Assembly (NCBI GenBank): GCA_048013815.1
Contig: CM106586.1
Location: 14,136,001-14,200,000 of the forward strand
DNA: 64,000 nt
Direction of reading: 5' to 3'
Source of the DNA: Setoptus koraiensis
Taxonomy: Eukaryota; Animalia; Arthropoda
Shown: piece by piece, positions 33,769 through 46,632 of the stretch
Numbering within the stretch: the stretch's first letter is position 1
Layout of the letters: every line of letters starts with the position of its first letter
The notes under the pieces: generated by a model
What the model was told of the DNA's origin: nothing
Databases searched by the model: none
The model's input: only the letters and a program-made list of their open reading frames with translations
Position numbers and translations under genes: made by a program

Positions 33769-36003
33769 CTAATCATTTGCACTATTCACTAACAACCTAG
33801 ATGATACTATTATCAACAATAACGCCAACACACAAGTGCCACACAATGTTTGTTGTTGTCTCCAATTGGAAGCTCGACTATTGTTGTACAAATAACCGGC
33901 GTCCGATGAGGCCGATGATGCGGACGACATCTCACCTACAATCACATTTATTTGGGCAGGGCCAACGGAGCCTATTTCGGGCAACAAGTTGCATTTATAA
34001 TAGCCAGAATCTGTATTTTTGGCCTGTCTAATAGTTATATCACTTATCATATGCGTTGAGTTGTCGCGCGATTCAACTTTTATACCACTCCTGGGATGAT
34101 TGAAATTCAGGCTTATATTATCCTTATACCAATAAATATATTGTGCCGTCTTCACTTGACCACCAGAATAATAATAATTACCATGATGACCTCTATGATC
34201 CTCATTGTAGGCCAATACATTTTTTCCAACTCTCGTTGTTGGCCCATCAAAATTTGCTATACAAGTAAGCCTTATATCATCGTCCACGGGCACATACTTC
34301 AGCGGTTCCTCCAATATTTTTATAGTGGCAGCTACACAAAAGCGACATTACATTATCACACAGATCATCATTATTGGGAAAAGCAAACATTAGAGAGAAA
34401 GCAAACGTCAGTATTGTCAGTATCAGTTAGTCACATCTAAAACATTTCCTAGCGACGCAGTCTCAAAATCTCATACTGCTGCTGCCTAATCATACTGTGC
34501 AATCATACCTGTGACATCTAGATAAAAGTGAGCACTTGCGGGACTCGGATCGGAATTTATTTGGCATTCGTAACCTGGAAGCACGGGGATAGTGATGAAT
34601 GATTAAAAGTGTTATTATAGGAATTGAAACTAGCCTTGTTAGTCCTCCAGCAGGAGGCTCTTTTATTTGAGCCCACTTACTTCCTTTGTCTTCCATATTG
34701 ATATTTTTAAGCTCTAATATCCAATCATGAGTGCCTTCAACATGTTTCGGCACAAACCTGTATGACACGACAGGAGACAAGCAGGGTGATATATTATTCC
34801 GAGTGATACACTGAATCACTTATGAGTATCAATCACATTTATAATAGAAATAGTCAACTAACCTTTCGTCACTTGTGTAACGCTGATCGCCGCTAGTTAA
34901 AATCATCATGTTTCTCACCCAGGACACTTTCTGTTATGTGCAACGGAGAGTAGTGAAAAAAGAAAAATTGATTGTTAGCTTGTTTAATTTGATAATTTCC
35001 ATTAACCTTTTCTCCATTGTAACCTCCAATAATTGAATTGGAGGGCCCAATGTAATTATTGTCGTTGATATCTGCTATCATAAGAGGACTTACAAGCTGA
35101 TCCTGTATCATTCGCAATTTGCACGTCAGATAGGCCGTATCGCCAACATTGACAGACACATTTGTTTGCATGGTGGAATCGAAGTGATTCAGACTATACG
35201 AAGGATAATGGTGGACACCGAAAGGCTTACTGCTGCCCATCGTCAGACTGGCTATTTGCTTTTCGGTGGCGTGCAGCCCATTATCTAATCTATTATCTGT
35301 TAGTGTTGTCATGTGCGCTGGCCTCCTACTATGGCCTGATATTTTGGTATTGCTATTTGGATTGGTGTTATATTTAACATTGGTGCCTTTAAAATCATTC
35401 ATTTCACTTTTGATATCTCTATTATAGTAGTCACTGCCACTACTACTACCAATGGTGTCACTCTCTAGTGATGACGTAGCATCATCAATATCATCCTTAT
35501 ATGATGTAATATAGGTTCTTTTAGTGTGTGGACTCAGTGAGGATAAGTTCAAATTAGACGGTGAGCCGTAAGAAGATGGAGAGGCTAATCTCTTGGTAAT
35601 GACATTAGTAGCTCGCTTGTCGTTGATGCTGGCGTCGCTTGGTTTGGCCTTCGCCATCATATTATCGCTATGATGTAACCAAATGTAACCGCTGTCATCA
35701 TTGGAGCGACCATGAGAGTTGACACGAGCATCACTAAAATGGCGTTGATCCCTTTTATGTCTCCTACTGGTGCTGTTGTTGTTGTTGTTGTTGGCCCCTG
35801 TTTCGTTTATCTTCTCCTCCCTGGTCGTTCCACCCGAGGCTACTTTTGATGGTTGTATGGAGGACAAGACGAAAGAATTATTAGAATCAAGGTAAATGCG
35901 AGCTCTTATTTGTAAACTGGGAGCAAATTGGCGTGTCTTTTGAGCTAACATAAGGCTTTCTATCTCTTTAAGAATGATGCCATTGATCGGAAGGCAGCCA
36001 GGT
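33769..36003 (-). CDS. dpr: Dpr-family two-Ig cell-surface protein (exons ~36003-35094, 34930-34863, 34757-34681, 34574-34509, 34331-33769); 5' exon not located with certainty
   Basis: Spliced Ig1 VGDTAYLTC...KVSWVR..ILTSGDQRYTSDERF..DWILELKNINMEDKGSYECQIN; Ig2 IRLTC..YWYKD..DSGYYKC; hydrophobic GPI-like tail. All four internal introns are GT-AG with matching phases. Confidence 0.88.
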
Positions 36004-37181
36004 CTATAGAGATTATACAACGACGATCGGTTAAAATAACGGTATCGGTTTTATCTAGCTAAGAGTGGCTTGTATGCGAACTGTTCATTCAAGCGTGAGC
36101 CAGATTATTGAGCAAGTCGATTATAAGACTGTGTTAGTTTGCTAGCGACTCTCAGACTGAGAGATCACAAACGCAAGTGGGGCTTGATTGAGAAAATTGA
36201 GGCCGCCGATTATATGTAAAAGCACAACAATATTTTCGCTCTACTACCTGGTGTACCTGTAGTGTTGTTGATATCATCAGTCAGGTGTGGTAATGGATTC
36301 AGTATGTGATGGTGCGGCACACAGGAAGAGATGGAAATGGTTGGCGAAACTTGAATTAGTTTCCACTTGGTAGCTTCCCAATGATTTGTCTATCATACAC
36401 CGACTGTTATGCAAACTTTTTAACACCTTAACCTTCTCAGGTGCTCGAAGCAAGGAAAAGAAAATTTGAGGTGAGCGTCCGTATTTCCAGCGTCTAGACA
36501 CTCATAAGATGATGGCAAGTATCTCGGCAAGTATAATCGACGGCGGTTTTTGCTTCGATGGCAAGACACTAAACGTTAAAAGATATTCAGTTGGTTGAAT
36601 GCAACGTTCAACCGGCGCCGCGCCCACCAAGGCGATATTTCCAGTGAAACAAAGAATCCAAAAATCCTTATTGGAGCAACGAAACGGCTATTGCTATTCT
36701 TTATCCATTAGCTACTTGTGTACAATCTCTATGCATCCATAAAGAAAGATAGATGTTTGTTTTGGTGAGTATTGTTTGGTTGAATTTTGGCCGGAATCTC
36801 GACACATATCACGAGACAACAACAGCAACAAGAAAAGTTGCTCTTTGCCACGCTCACATATAAATTCATCTACATTCATGTATGTATAGACGGGCGGCAA
36901 AATAGACGAAGATCTAATTGACAGAGATAAAAAAATAAAATAATGGGCCAACATACACACATCATTAAATAGTGTATATAATGAAAGATAGAGATGGCTA
37001 GCAGTTGTATATTGATCACAAGACTACTCTTGTCAATATGATCTGGCTGCTATCTATCTAGGCACATCTAGAGACAAATGAGATCCATTAATTGAGATTT
37101 AAGAGAGTGGGAGAGAGGAAAAAACATTGCGTCTTGAGCAGCATTTTACTATGTCTAAACTGATGAAAAAGTCCGATATAC

Positions 37182-37199
37182 ACAGAGGGGCCCCTCTGT
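37182..37199. repeat. Perfect 18-bp palindrome centred on GGGCCC
   Basis: acagagggg|cccctctgt. Confidence 0.95.
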
Positions 37200-39084
37200 T
37201 CCACTTGGATGGATTTTCAGTTTGTATTTATCTATCGAAAAAGCAAACACACACACACACACACACATTTAGCTAAAGAGCTAGAGACAATAGAGAAAGA
37301 GGGAGAGAGGGGGCGATAGATAATAAGTAAGGGATAAAGCAAATAATGTGAACGTCAGTGGGCAAAGGGAGGTTACTTAATAGGCAAGAAGTGCTGCGGG
37401 GTAAGCCCAAGAATGGGGCCCCAGAAACGAGCGGACGGGCGAGAATGAATATCCCTTGGAACAATGTTGCTCGCTTGGACGAATTTCGTTCCGATTGAGG
37501 CTTGGGGCCTCCTTAATAAAAAGTCAGCAACACCACGATGAGGTCAGTGGCTCGTGGACTCGAAGGCGTTTATCTGGCCAGCTCTGGCCGGATCGCATCT
37601 TCTTTGGCGGGACTTAGCGTTAGTTTCTGTTTGTTTGTATATGTATGATTAGTGCGATGCATGGGCAAGGATGCTCGCTGTCGGTTGATGTTATTTCAGT
37701 TGCTGCGTCTAAATCCGATCTCATGGCCAGAGATTGAGAGCGGGGCCAGCAAGACAGCGACAGAGGCGACGGCTAGAGTAAGCCATCTAGATAGCTGACC
37801 GGCCAAATGGCCGGCGAGAGCTTGTCAAATGCCAGCTAATCCAATCTTGTTACTTTTTCTCTTGGTTGTGGCTGCTTTAGTTTCCTCGAGTGGCCGTCAC
37901 CATTGGCGTCACAACTATTCTGCGAGCCAATCCCACTCTTGCCGGCGATGGGCCGATGATGGCGTAACCGTGCCCGTGTCTGGATTACAATTGTCGTTGC
38001 CGGGGCCAAACGATGACAAACTGACCATCAGTGAGTCTCTGCCAGGCTGCTCTTATCGAGCCAATACTGAATAATGGTGTTAGCTAGGCACGCTCGGAAT
38101 ACAAAATACAAAATATAAAATATATAAAATACAAAATAAAACCACTTGCCACCACCAGTCCACTAAAGTGTGCGCCCTCTCAATATCGCCCCCTTGTCGC
38201 CGCGCCCCTGACACACGACAACGGCTTCCGGCAAGCCATCCGATCGCTGGCAAGGCTGGTCCGACAAGAGAGGATTTTCCGGCTGACAGTTGTTGGTGGG
38301 GCCGGGCTTAAAACTGAGAACTACTTGACGGGTGTGCCTAGGGCAAATAGCGAGCCCGAGCCAGGGGCAGAGGCATTGTTAATCGTCACATAAAATTGGT
38401 GGGCCAAGTTGAACTTAAACTAACAACTTGACTGTATGAAAAATGCCCGAGGTTCGGAATGGCAGCGCCCCTCACACTGTACTGCACTACTACATGCACT
38501 ACAATGACTCAATGTTGGTGGGCCCAACGCCGTGCCAGTCACCGTGGGGCCCCCCGTTTTAATAGTGAATCATTGGCGCAAGGGGAGCCATACTTGTGCT
38601 GCTGCTGCTGGTGCCGCTGCCAGCGGCAGACAAGAAAATAGACATGATATAGCTGGATGGGCCCGAGGCGATACACTCAAAAGTAAACAAATATTGCTGG
38701 CAGTAGTCAAGTGGCGATGGTGTCTCGGGCAAGCAGCGAGTGCATACATCTTGACAACAACAACAACAAATTTATAAATAGTCTAGACAAGACTAGAACA
38801 ATTGCGTAATGATGTTTTTGAATATGTATGTGTCGACCGCTGGTTGTGCCTAATAGTTGGCATTTAAAGCGGGCCCGAGAGCGATATTTGTGAGCCCATT
38901 TGTGAGATATTGAGACTGTCTCATGTCGCCTCAAACTTGTTAGCGGCCGCGATGTCGGCGCTGGCGAGCTCTGGCAACAGTGCGTCATCGTCATGAGCGC
39001 CTCATAGGGCCATCGTATCAAGTCAGTGTAATGTGGCAAATTCAAAGAAATCCGAATGCTCGGATATGTGTCGATATGTATCCG

Positions 39085-39132
39085 ATATCGGGTATGCCGC
39101 ATATCGGGTATGCCGAATATCGGGTATGCCGA
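39085..39132. repeat. 16-bp minisatellite x3
   Basis: atatcgggtatgccg(c/a). Confidence 0.95.
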
Positions 39133-42100
39133 ATGGTCGGATGTTGGGCCGGTTGAGGCGCGGTGAACAAATAACAAAATCGCGTCGCTGCTAACACGTA
39201 ACATTTTTTGTTTGTGAATTTTCATTATTAAAATCAAATTGCAAGTTGCCGGCAGTTGTTGGGGCCTCGTGCGTGCTGCTGCGGCTGGCCGCTGTTGAAT
39301 TGAATGATGCCGATAATATCTCATCAGAGCCACCATCACTCATCTGAGGTGAGGGCGGGCCGAGCGCACAATTGCCCGCGCGACTAGACTAATTTAATCA
39401 GACAGGCCAGCGAGTTGACTCACGAGCCGCAAAAAATTACCGCCTCGTGCAGCGGCGGCCCCAATTTTTTTCGGCGCCCACCGGCAACCGCCACAAATAA
39501 TAAGCCTGGCCGGATAAGCGAGCGAGAGAAGTTGAAATACTTCAGACACTGCACCGTGACGCCTCTTTGGGCTCCTTCAGCTGGGCGCGCGCGGGCCCAG
39601 AGCGGGCCGGCAACACGAAGCGAATTTGATTAGAGTCGTATTTTATATTCATATTTGTACCTTGTATGAGTAGGCTATAACACACAGGAAAAACACAACA
39701 ACACAATATTCTTCCTGTTTAGAGGCCCCGAGTGAGGCGCATTGTTTGCCTTTTGATAGTTGCCAACCGATGACGCCATCGGCACCGCAACTTGCGTAAT
39801 TTGCGATCGCTTCTTTTGGCGTGTTTTGCCAACCAAGTCACTGTTGAACAGTGCGTGCGTGCGCGTGTTTCAGCCAGAACGAGCACGAGAACGAGGCGCC
39901 CAGATGGAAGCGTGAAGACACAGGCCAAATCAAGGAAATAAGAGTGGAAATTGAGTGGCTGGTCGGCGGGCCCCATTGAAACAGCGGCCAGCGCTTGTGT
40001 GGTGGCGTCGTTGCGATGATGCGATGGGGCGCGCGCAAAAAATAATTTGCTCGCGCCACCAGCAAACAGCGCCAACAACAGCTAACTAAATATCGGGGCA
40101 CCTCGCTCGCTCGTCGTCACACCAGCCGGATTACAGGTAAGCGCACATAACTATAAATAACAGCAGCCGCCGAGTGTCGCCCCAAAAAACATCGGTCTTA
40201 CATATTCATGCAAATAGCAACGCCGCCCGCGGTCGCCTGTCCAACAGAAGGTGCCAAAAGGGCGCGCAAAAGACCCAAAACTGAAAAAACATCTCGCGGC
40301 TCAAAAAGCGGCCCGTTGTCCCAAGGCTACCTGGTATTTATGTTGTCGCGCCGTTGTGAGCAACAGCGACCCAGAGACAACAACAACAAACGCGAAAAAC
40401 AAACAGCCGCCACTCGACACAGCCGGCCGCACTCGGCGGGCCCGGCGACAGCGCCGCCGGGTATTCCGTCGAGTGCGCAGCGCTACCCGAAGCGAGCCAC
40501 GGGCCCACCATTTGTGGGGCTCATGTTGTGGGCTAGCCAAATGGACGGCGACGACGACGATAAACAAACAATTACAGCATTATCATTGCGGGCCACGGTC
40601 CAAATGAAATCAAATGGCATGATATGAATTGCCTTTTGTGCGCCAGCGAGAGGCGCCCATTGCGTGACATGCAAGCAGCATCACGCAATTTGTTTTTTAT
40701 TTGCCCGCTCAGATTCAATATTCTCAGCTCTCGCTGACAATATTGCCTGGCCCCACAAACGCCTCCGAGGTGCCAAGCGAGCCGCAATGGGGCCCCAAAT
40801 GCATGCTCGCTTTTGGTTGGCTCGAACAATGGGCGCACCATTGTGAATTTGCGCTTGTTGTGCGGCGCAGGTATTGTGCCCGATCACACCGGCGTCGCAC
40901 AATCGGCCGGCGTTCCATTCCATATATCACGGCAATCATATCAAATGATGCCCATCTAATGGAAAAAGAAAAATCTTTCATCGCCATGCGAGACTTTTGT
41001 AAAAATGGCACGCTCAACTGGCACCCCGGCCAGCCCGGATTGGCCGGCCCGGCCGCACGAAAACGATCCGTCGTCGACGGGCCGGCCGGCCGCCCGACAC
41101 CAACGCAAATTAAACTCTATCAGTATGGCGCGCATGCATGATATTCGGCGCCCTCCGTCGCGTCGCGAGTCCGCTGTGGCGCGTCGTGCCATCGGCTACC
41201 GTGGCCGGCACTTGTGCCGGCCACTTCCGGTTCCGACAACCAACCGATTGGCGCCGAATTCTGCAAGCAGTAATTCGGAACGGGTGCGGGCGCTGCGGGC
41301 TCACCCGTGCGCGCAGCGCCCGCCTCCCACAGGAAACAGCAGTGACTGCTCAGTGGGCGATTGTGCCCGGTTGGCCGCACAATGGCCCGACGCCGCATGA
41401 AAAGGAGCCAGGTGAAAGGGGCCAATTGTTTGCTAACTGTGTTGTTTTTTGTGTTTTATTTTCAATTGTTTGCAACGTCTGCTCGCTCGGGCGCCTCGGC
41501 CGACACGCCGCACCGCGCCGCCCAGATCGCCAAGATTGCGCCCCTGGGCCCCACAACCGCTTGCCGTCGGTTGGCCCGTCGGACATGGCGGGCAAACGGT
41601 GAACCGTTAATGGGGGATGTCGCGCCAGTCGCCCTGGTCACGGTCACACTGGCCGCCGGGTGTATGGGGGCCGCCAGACGGGCTGAGCTAACACGCACCC
41701 GACTGATTATCTGGACGCCCCGTGCTCCGTTGATTTGTATTCTATTGTTGGCGTTGTGATTGTCGACGCGTGAGGCGCGCCGGTGCAACAAGAAATCATT
41801 TGCGCGCGCCCAGCGGTAATTTATACCGGCTCCGATGCGGAGGCGCGATGCGTATGGCGTGCGCATCGTTGGGGAACGCATCATTGGGGCCCCGATTGGC
41901 CGTCGGCTGAATAAAAAAGGTTGGCAGCGCTCGAAACGCTGCCAGTGGAAACGAGCGGGCCACGGGACAGATGGGCCGGCACGAGATGGCCGCTAGGTGG
42001 CCGCGAGATCGGCCAGAGATTGGCACGAGACTGGCACGAGACTGGCACGGGCCGGCCGCGCGTACCGGCGCTGACGAGCGCCGCAACAACGGACTCCGCC

Positions 42101-42279
42101 GAACATACGAGACGAGACGCGCGCCCGCAGAGATTGAGTGATTTTTGATCATGATTGGCCGGCCCGGCCGCATGATCGGGCGCCGGCGAGCGGGCCCCGC
42201 TGCCAGCGGCTGCTAGTAAATAAAACTTATGTATAATTAATGATCCTATCCAACGGCAACAATAACTGACAGCTCCTCC

Positions 42280-42395
42280 GATCGCAACGAGACGGCAACG
42301 GGATCGCTACGAGATCGCAACGAGATCGCAGTGAGATGGCAACGGGATCGCAGTGAGATGGCAACGGGATCGCAACGGGATCGCAACGAGATCGC
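42280..42395. repeat. 11-bp minisatellite x ~10
   Basis: gatcgcaacg(a/g) and variants. Confidence 0.9.
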
Positions 42396-42702
42396 CCCCG
42401 AAATTGAGGTGCGCTCGTTGCGGCGCGAAGATGCGTCACTGGCTGCTGGCGGTCGCTGGCGCTCGGCTGCTGGCGTGCGCCACCGGCCGAAAGCGCCGCT
42501 ACTTTTGGGGCGCTGGCCAGCGAGCGAGCGAGCGCGCGTCGCTATTATTCTTTTTAGTTCCGCTGGGCCCCAACGCGCAGTGACACGTTTAATAGTTTGC
42601 TATTTAGTTGTTGGCGCGCCAGCGAGCGCCGGTGTGTCGTCCGCGGGCGGACACGCGAACGGCGGGATGCTCATAAGTGTTTGTGTGGGCAACGCCAGCG
42701 CC

Positions 42703-42805
42703 AGCAACAACAACGACAGCAACAGCAGCGACAACAACAGCAACAACAACGACAGCAACAGCAGCGACAACAACAGCAACAACAGCGACAGCGACAACGA
42801 CAGCG
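42703..42805. repeat. (CAA/CAG/CGA)n compound triplet repeat
   Basis: Seen directly. Confidence 0.9.
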
Positions 42806-43496
42806 GGCGACGCGAGTTTTGAGACATGGCGCGAGATGAAATAGCGGTGCGGCCCGAGTCGAAATTGGCGGCGCCCACGCGACAGGCCGGTCGGCATAAC
42901 AGTTGGCGCAACTCGACGGGGTCACACGGTGACGCATTCGGGGGCGCCGAGCGAGCGCGTCCAAGTTTCATTGGGTGGTAATAGCAAAACAACAACAACA
43001 ACAACAACAACAGCAACGACTCGCACCAATGAGTGACAACATCTCGCCATTTGGGCCCGCTGGCCCGGCCGCCCAACTGGCGCTAACTGGCCCCAACTGG
43101 CCCCAAACTGATGGGCTCCTTCCGTCAGTATTTAGCCCTGAGCGACTCGCGCGCGCTCTCTCATCTGTCGGCAAATCTGCCGGCTCGTGTCGTGTCGAGC
43201 GCACGGTCGGGGCCCACAAATCGAGGTTCGCTGTAAACGCCGACCGGCACGCGAGCCGGATCAAGCGAAATTCAGTGTGGGCGCTCAGTTCGGAGTGGGC
43301 CCCAATCAGACACAGTGCGCGCCACTTGGGCTGATTCGCAGCTCTGACAGCGTAATTGTCGTCGCCCGTCCAACAGGCCACAACGGTCTACCTATTACCG
43401 CTGTCGCCCATTTGCTGCCATTTGAGCCATTATAACGTTATATAGACTGCGGGCCGGGCGAGCGGGCGGGCGGGCGAAGCTCCATTGCGGGGCCGC

Positions 43497-43560
43497 CGGG
43501 GCTCCGCAATGGAGCCAGGGCTCTGCAATGGGGCCGGGGCTTTGCAATGGGGCCGGGGCT
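43497..43560. repeat. 19-bp minisatellite x ~3.5
   Basis: ggggctccgcaatggagcc and variants. Confidence 0.85.
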
Positions 43561-45623
43561 CGCCGCTAGTGGCGCCTATTAGCTGCTAATAGTGGCCACT
43601 AGCCACGAGCCGACTATTGATGTCACTGCGCACACAGTGGGCCACTATTAGCGAGCAATCGTTGTCTCATTTGGCTCGCGCACAAGAATATTTGGCGAGC
43701 TCGCCAGCCGTGAGCTGGTCAGCACACTGGCCGGTTGCTCGTTTATGGGCCCCCCGTCATAATTGTCATCGGGCTGGTCACGGCCGTCGGCCGGGCAGCG
43801 CGCCAATCATGAGATAATCAAAATGAGAGATTCCGCTCCGGCGTGCGCCCCAACGGCACCGCCGACCCGAACACAGCAGCGACAGCGAAAAGGTCGCTCG
43901 TGGGCCCCAATTGCGCATCTATGCAGCCATCGGCCAGTTAAATGAGAAGAGCGCTAAATGAAAAAGTGACGATAAGCGCGCGCTATCTTGTCGACCGATA
44001 TAGATTGAATCATCAAAACGGCCACTTGTCGCCAGGCTCGCCGTTGGCCTCTGGTCCGGTGCGCCCCTGTCGACTGCGGCACAAAGCACCACACCGTTTG
44101 GGGCCCGTTTGGGGCCGCTTGGGGCGGCGCGAAAAGTGCACAATGTGCATATAGAGGGGCGCATTAGCGCGCAGCTTGTCGCAGCTTGTAAGTTGCGCAA
44201 CAACAACAATGCAACGGACCAAATGGGGGCGATAACGACAGCGATAGCGAGTTCATTGTTTAACTCGTTCGGCGACGGCACGCGGCTAATTGCGGCCTAA
44301 TCGTCATAATCATTTTCAGGGGGCGCCCGTAACGTTGGCCGGCGACGCTTGGCGCCGACGCTTGGCGGCGCCCGGCGCTTATTGGCTTCGATAGCCGCGC
44401 GCGCCGAGCCGGCAACAGCACGCCACAATTAGCACGTATTGTTGCTGTTTGTTGAGCCGGGCCCCAATGGCAACAACAACGGCAACAGCAACTACTAACA
44501 GCCGGCCCGACATGACGTGCCGGCTATTGGCGGCTCGCAAGCCGTCTTGTGAGCGGCGCAAAACGGCACACATACTACTAGTATGATACTAGTGTGCAGC
44601 CAACGGGCCTGTGGGGCCCCTTGGCCCATAACCGATGGGCCGAACGAGATCAATTATTGTTAGAGGGCGCCGTTGAACACAAACGACGCCTCGGGCGACA
44701 ATTACACGCGCAAACACACGCGCACTCACTCACGAACATCTTGAGATCTGTTGAGGCGGCTCATTTGCATACCGGTTATTGCGTCGATACCTAATGATGA
44801 TAACCGTTTGATTTGATGGCTGTGTGACGCAACAACAATTAAATCAAAAAAGCATTAATGTTAGTTATACGTGGGCATGTTGGCGGGATATGGGCAACTG
44901 GCAACAACAACAACAACAACAAACAACTCGACAACATCTTGCCAGGGGGCCAACGCGTGACACAACTGGCTCGCTGGTGGTTGCATGGGGGTATTTGCTC
45001 ATTTTTGCGCACTATCGCGCCCATTTGGACGTCTAGCCGGATTCTGGCGACTAGATTCTGGCGATTGGATTCTAGTGACTGGATTCTGGGCCAACAAACG
45101 CAGACTGGCGAGCCGGCGAACCGTCAGACTGAATAAGCGAGTAACCGTTTAACTGAATAACCGAGCGGCCGTATAACTGAATCAGATAAATGACAGGCCA
45201 TCAATGATGGGCTATCATCAATTTTCTGAGTGAGCCAGCCCGAATCTGTGCCCACACAGTCAAATGCATAAATGTAAAATGTTGCCGTCATTGTCTGGCA
45301 GTGCGTTTCGCTGGCCAGTGTTCGTTTCGCTGGCCAGATTTCAAACGCTACAAATGGTCACGAGTTGATGCTCGAATTGGCACGACAATAATCGCATGCT
45401 CGTGCATAACAATTCAACAAGCACGGCTAGTTGGGCCGCCAGTTTATCGGCTCGCTGTCGTCGAAAAGAACAACCTACAATAGGTGGCCGTCTGACGGGG
45501 CCCCGTCGATGCTGTTATTATCCGCTGCAAGATCGTGCCCAAGCAGCCAGCAGAGATTCGGTTTCGTGAGCACATCGTGATTTGTCGATTGTGGATCGTC
45601 GATGTTGTGCAGCAGACACTGGG

Positions 45624-45696
45624 TATTACATGCACCAGATATTGGATATTACATGCACTGGATATTGGATATTACATACACTAGATATTGGATATT
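45624..45696. repeat. 23-bp minisatellite x3
   Basis: tattacatgcaccagatattgga and variants. Confidence 0.92.
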
Positions 45697-46111
45697 GTGT
45701 GTGTGTGTGTATTATGATGGATGTAAATATTTATATTTTTGTCAATTGAAAGAAACAACAACGAGCGAGCACTAGATTTATTGTTGCGCACTGTCGATGT
45801 TAGTTGCAGATAATAACAATTCATGAAGAATCTGCCTACAGAAATATCGGTCTGCGCGCTGCTCTTGTCGGGCTGTTGTGGCCGCTCGAGTGGCCCCAAC
45901 CGCCGACTGGACGCCAACAAAAATGGGGCCCAGATTGATGGGAGAGAAATAAAGAGAGAAATAAACAGAGCAAAATCATCAATCAAAACAAATGGACTCG
46001 CCGATTGTGTGCCGCCTTTTAACTAGCGGTCCGCTCTCAGCCGGCAACAAGAGGCCCAAAGTGAATATATATAGTGAATGAAAAGTGAGTCGGGCTGTAT
46101 CATTAACTTAC

Positions 46112-46490
46112 CATCATTAATGGGATTAAAAAGCGATAGTTGAGCATTTAAAAGCGCATCGAGCCGCCGCCTGGGGCCCGATTGGCAATTGTCGCTGCCA
46201 ATAGTGGACAACAATCTGGTCACTTGGTTTGTTCTTTGTTGTTGTTTAATTGAATTGTTGCGACGAAAAGCGTCGTATTGCTTGGACTTGGGCTGCTCGC
46301 GGGCCTCATTTGCTGGGTGCGTTTGTTCGAGGTGGCTCGATAACATCAAATTGGTGATTGAATGATTGGCAAGCTGGCCGGCGTCTGGCCAAGTATCTCT
46401 AACGTTCAACGTCCCGATTGCCTGGCCCCTCTGGTGGGGCCAAACAATCAGGCCAGAGAGCGCCACTAGCGCCACGCTTAATGGAAACAT
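46112..46490 (-). CDS. Candidate signal-peptide-bearing first exon (possibly of the dpr gene)
   Basis: ATG at 46490; MFPLSVALVALSGLIVWPHQRGQA...; 126 open codons ending at a consensus G|GTAAGT phase-1 donor. Confidence 0.4.
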
Positions 46491-46565
46491 TTTTTTCTTG
46501 TTATTGTCTCTGTTGCACTTGACTGTTGTCATATTGGTCAAGTTGTCACGATGTGTAGTTGTCGC

Positions 46566-46632
46566 CATATTGCGTAATTGTCATATTGCGTAATTGTCGT
46601 ATTGCGTAAATGTCATATTGTGCAATTGTCGT
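46566..46632. repeat. 16-bp minisatellite x4
   Basis: catattgcgtaattgt and variants. Confidence 0.92.

Noticed and set aside
42280-42395. Regular repeats suggestive of a CRISPR array (also 55629-55728)
   Set aside because: Head-to-tail units without unique spacers, eukaryotic context and no cas genes.
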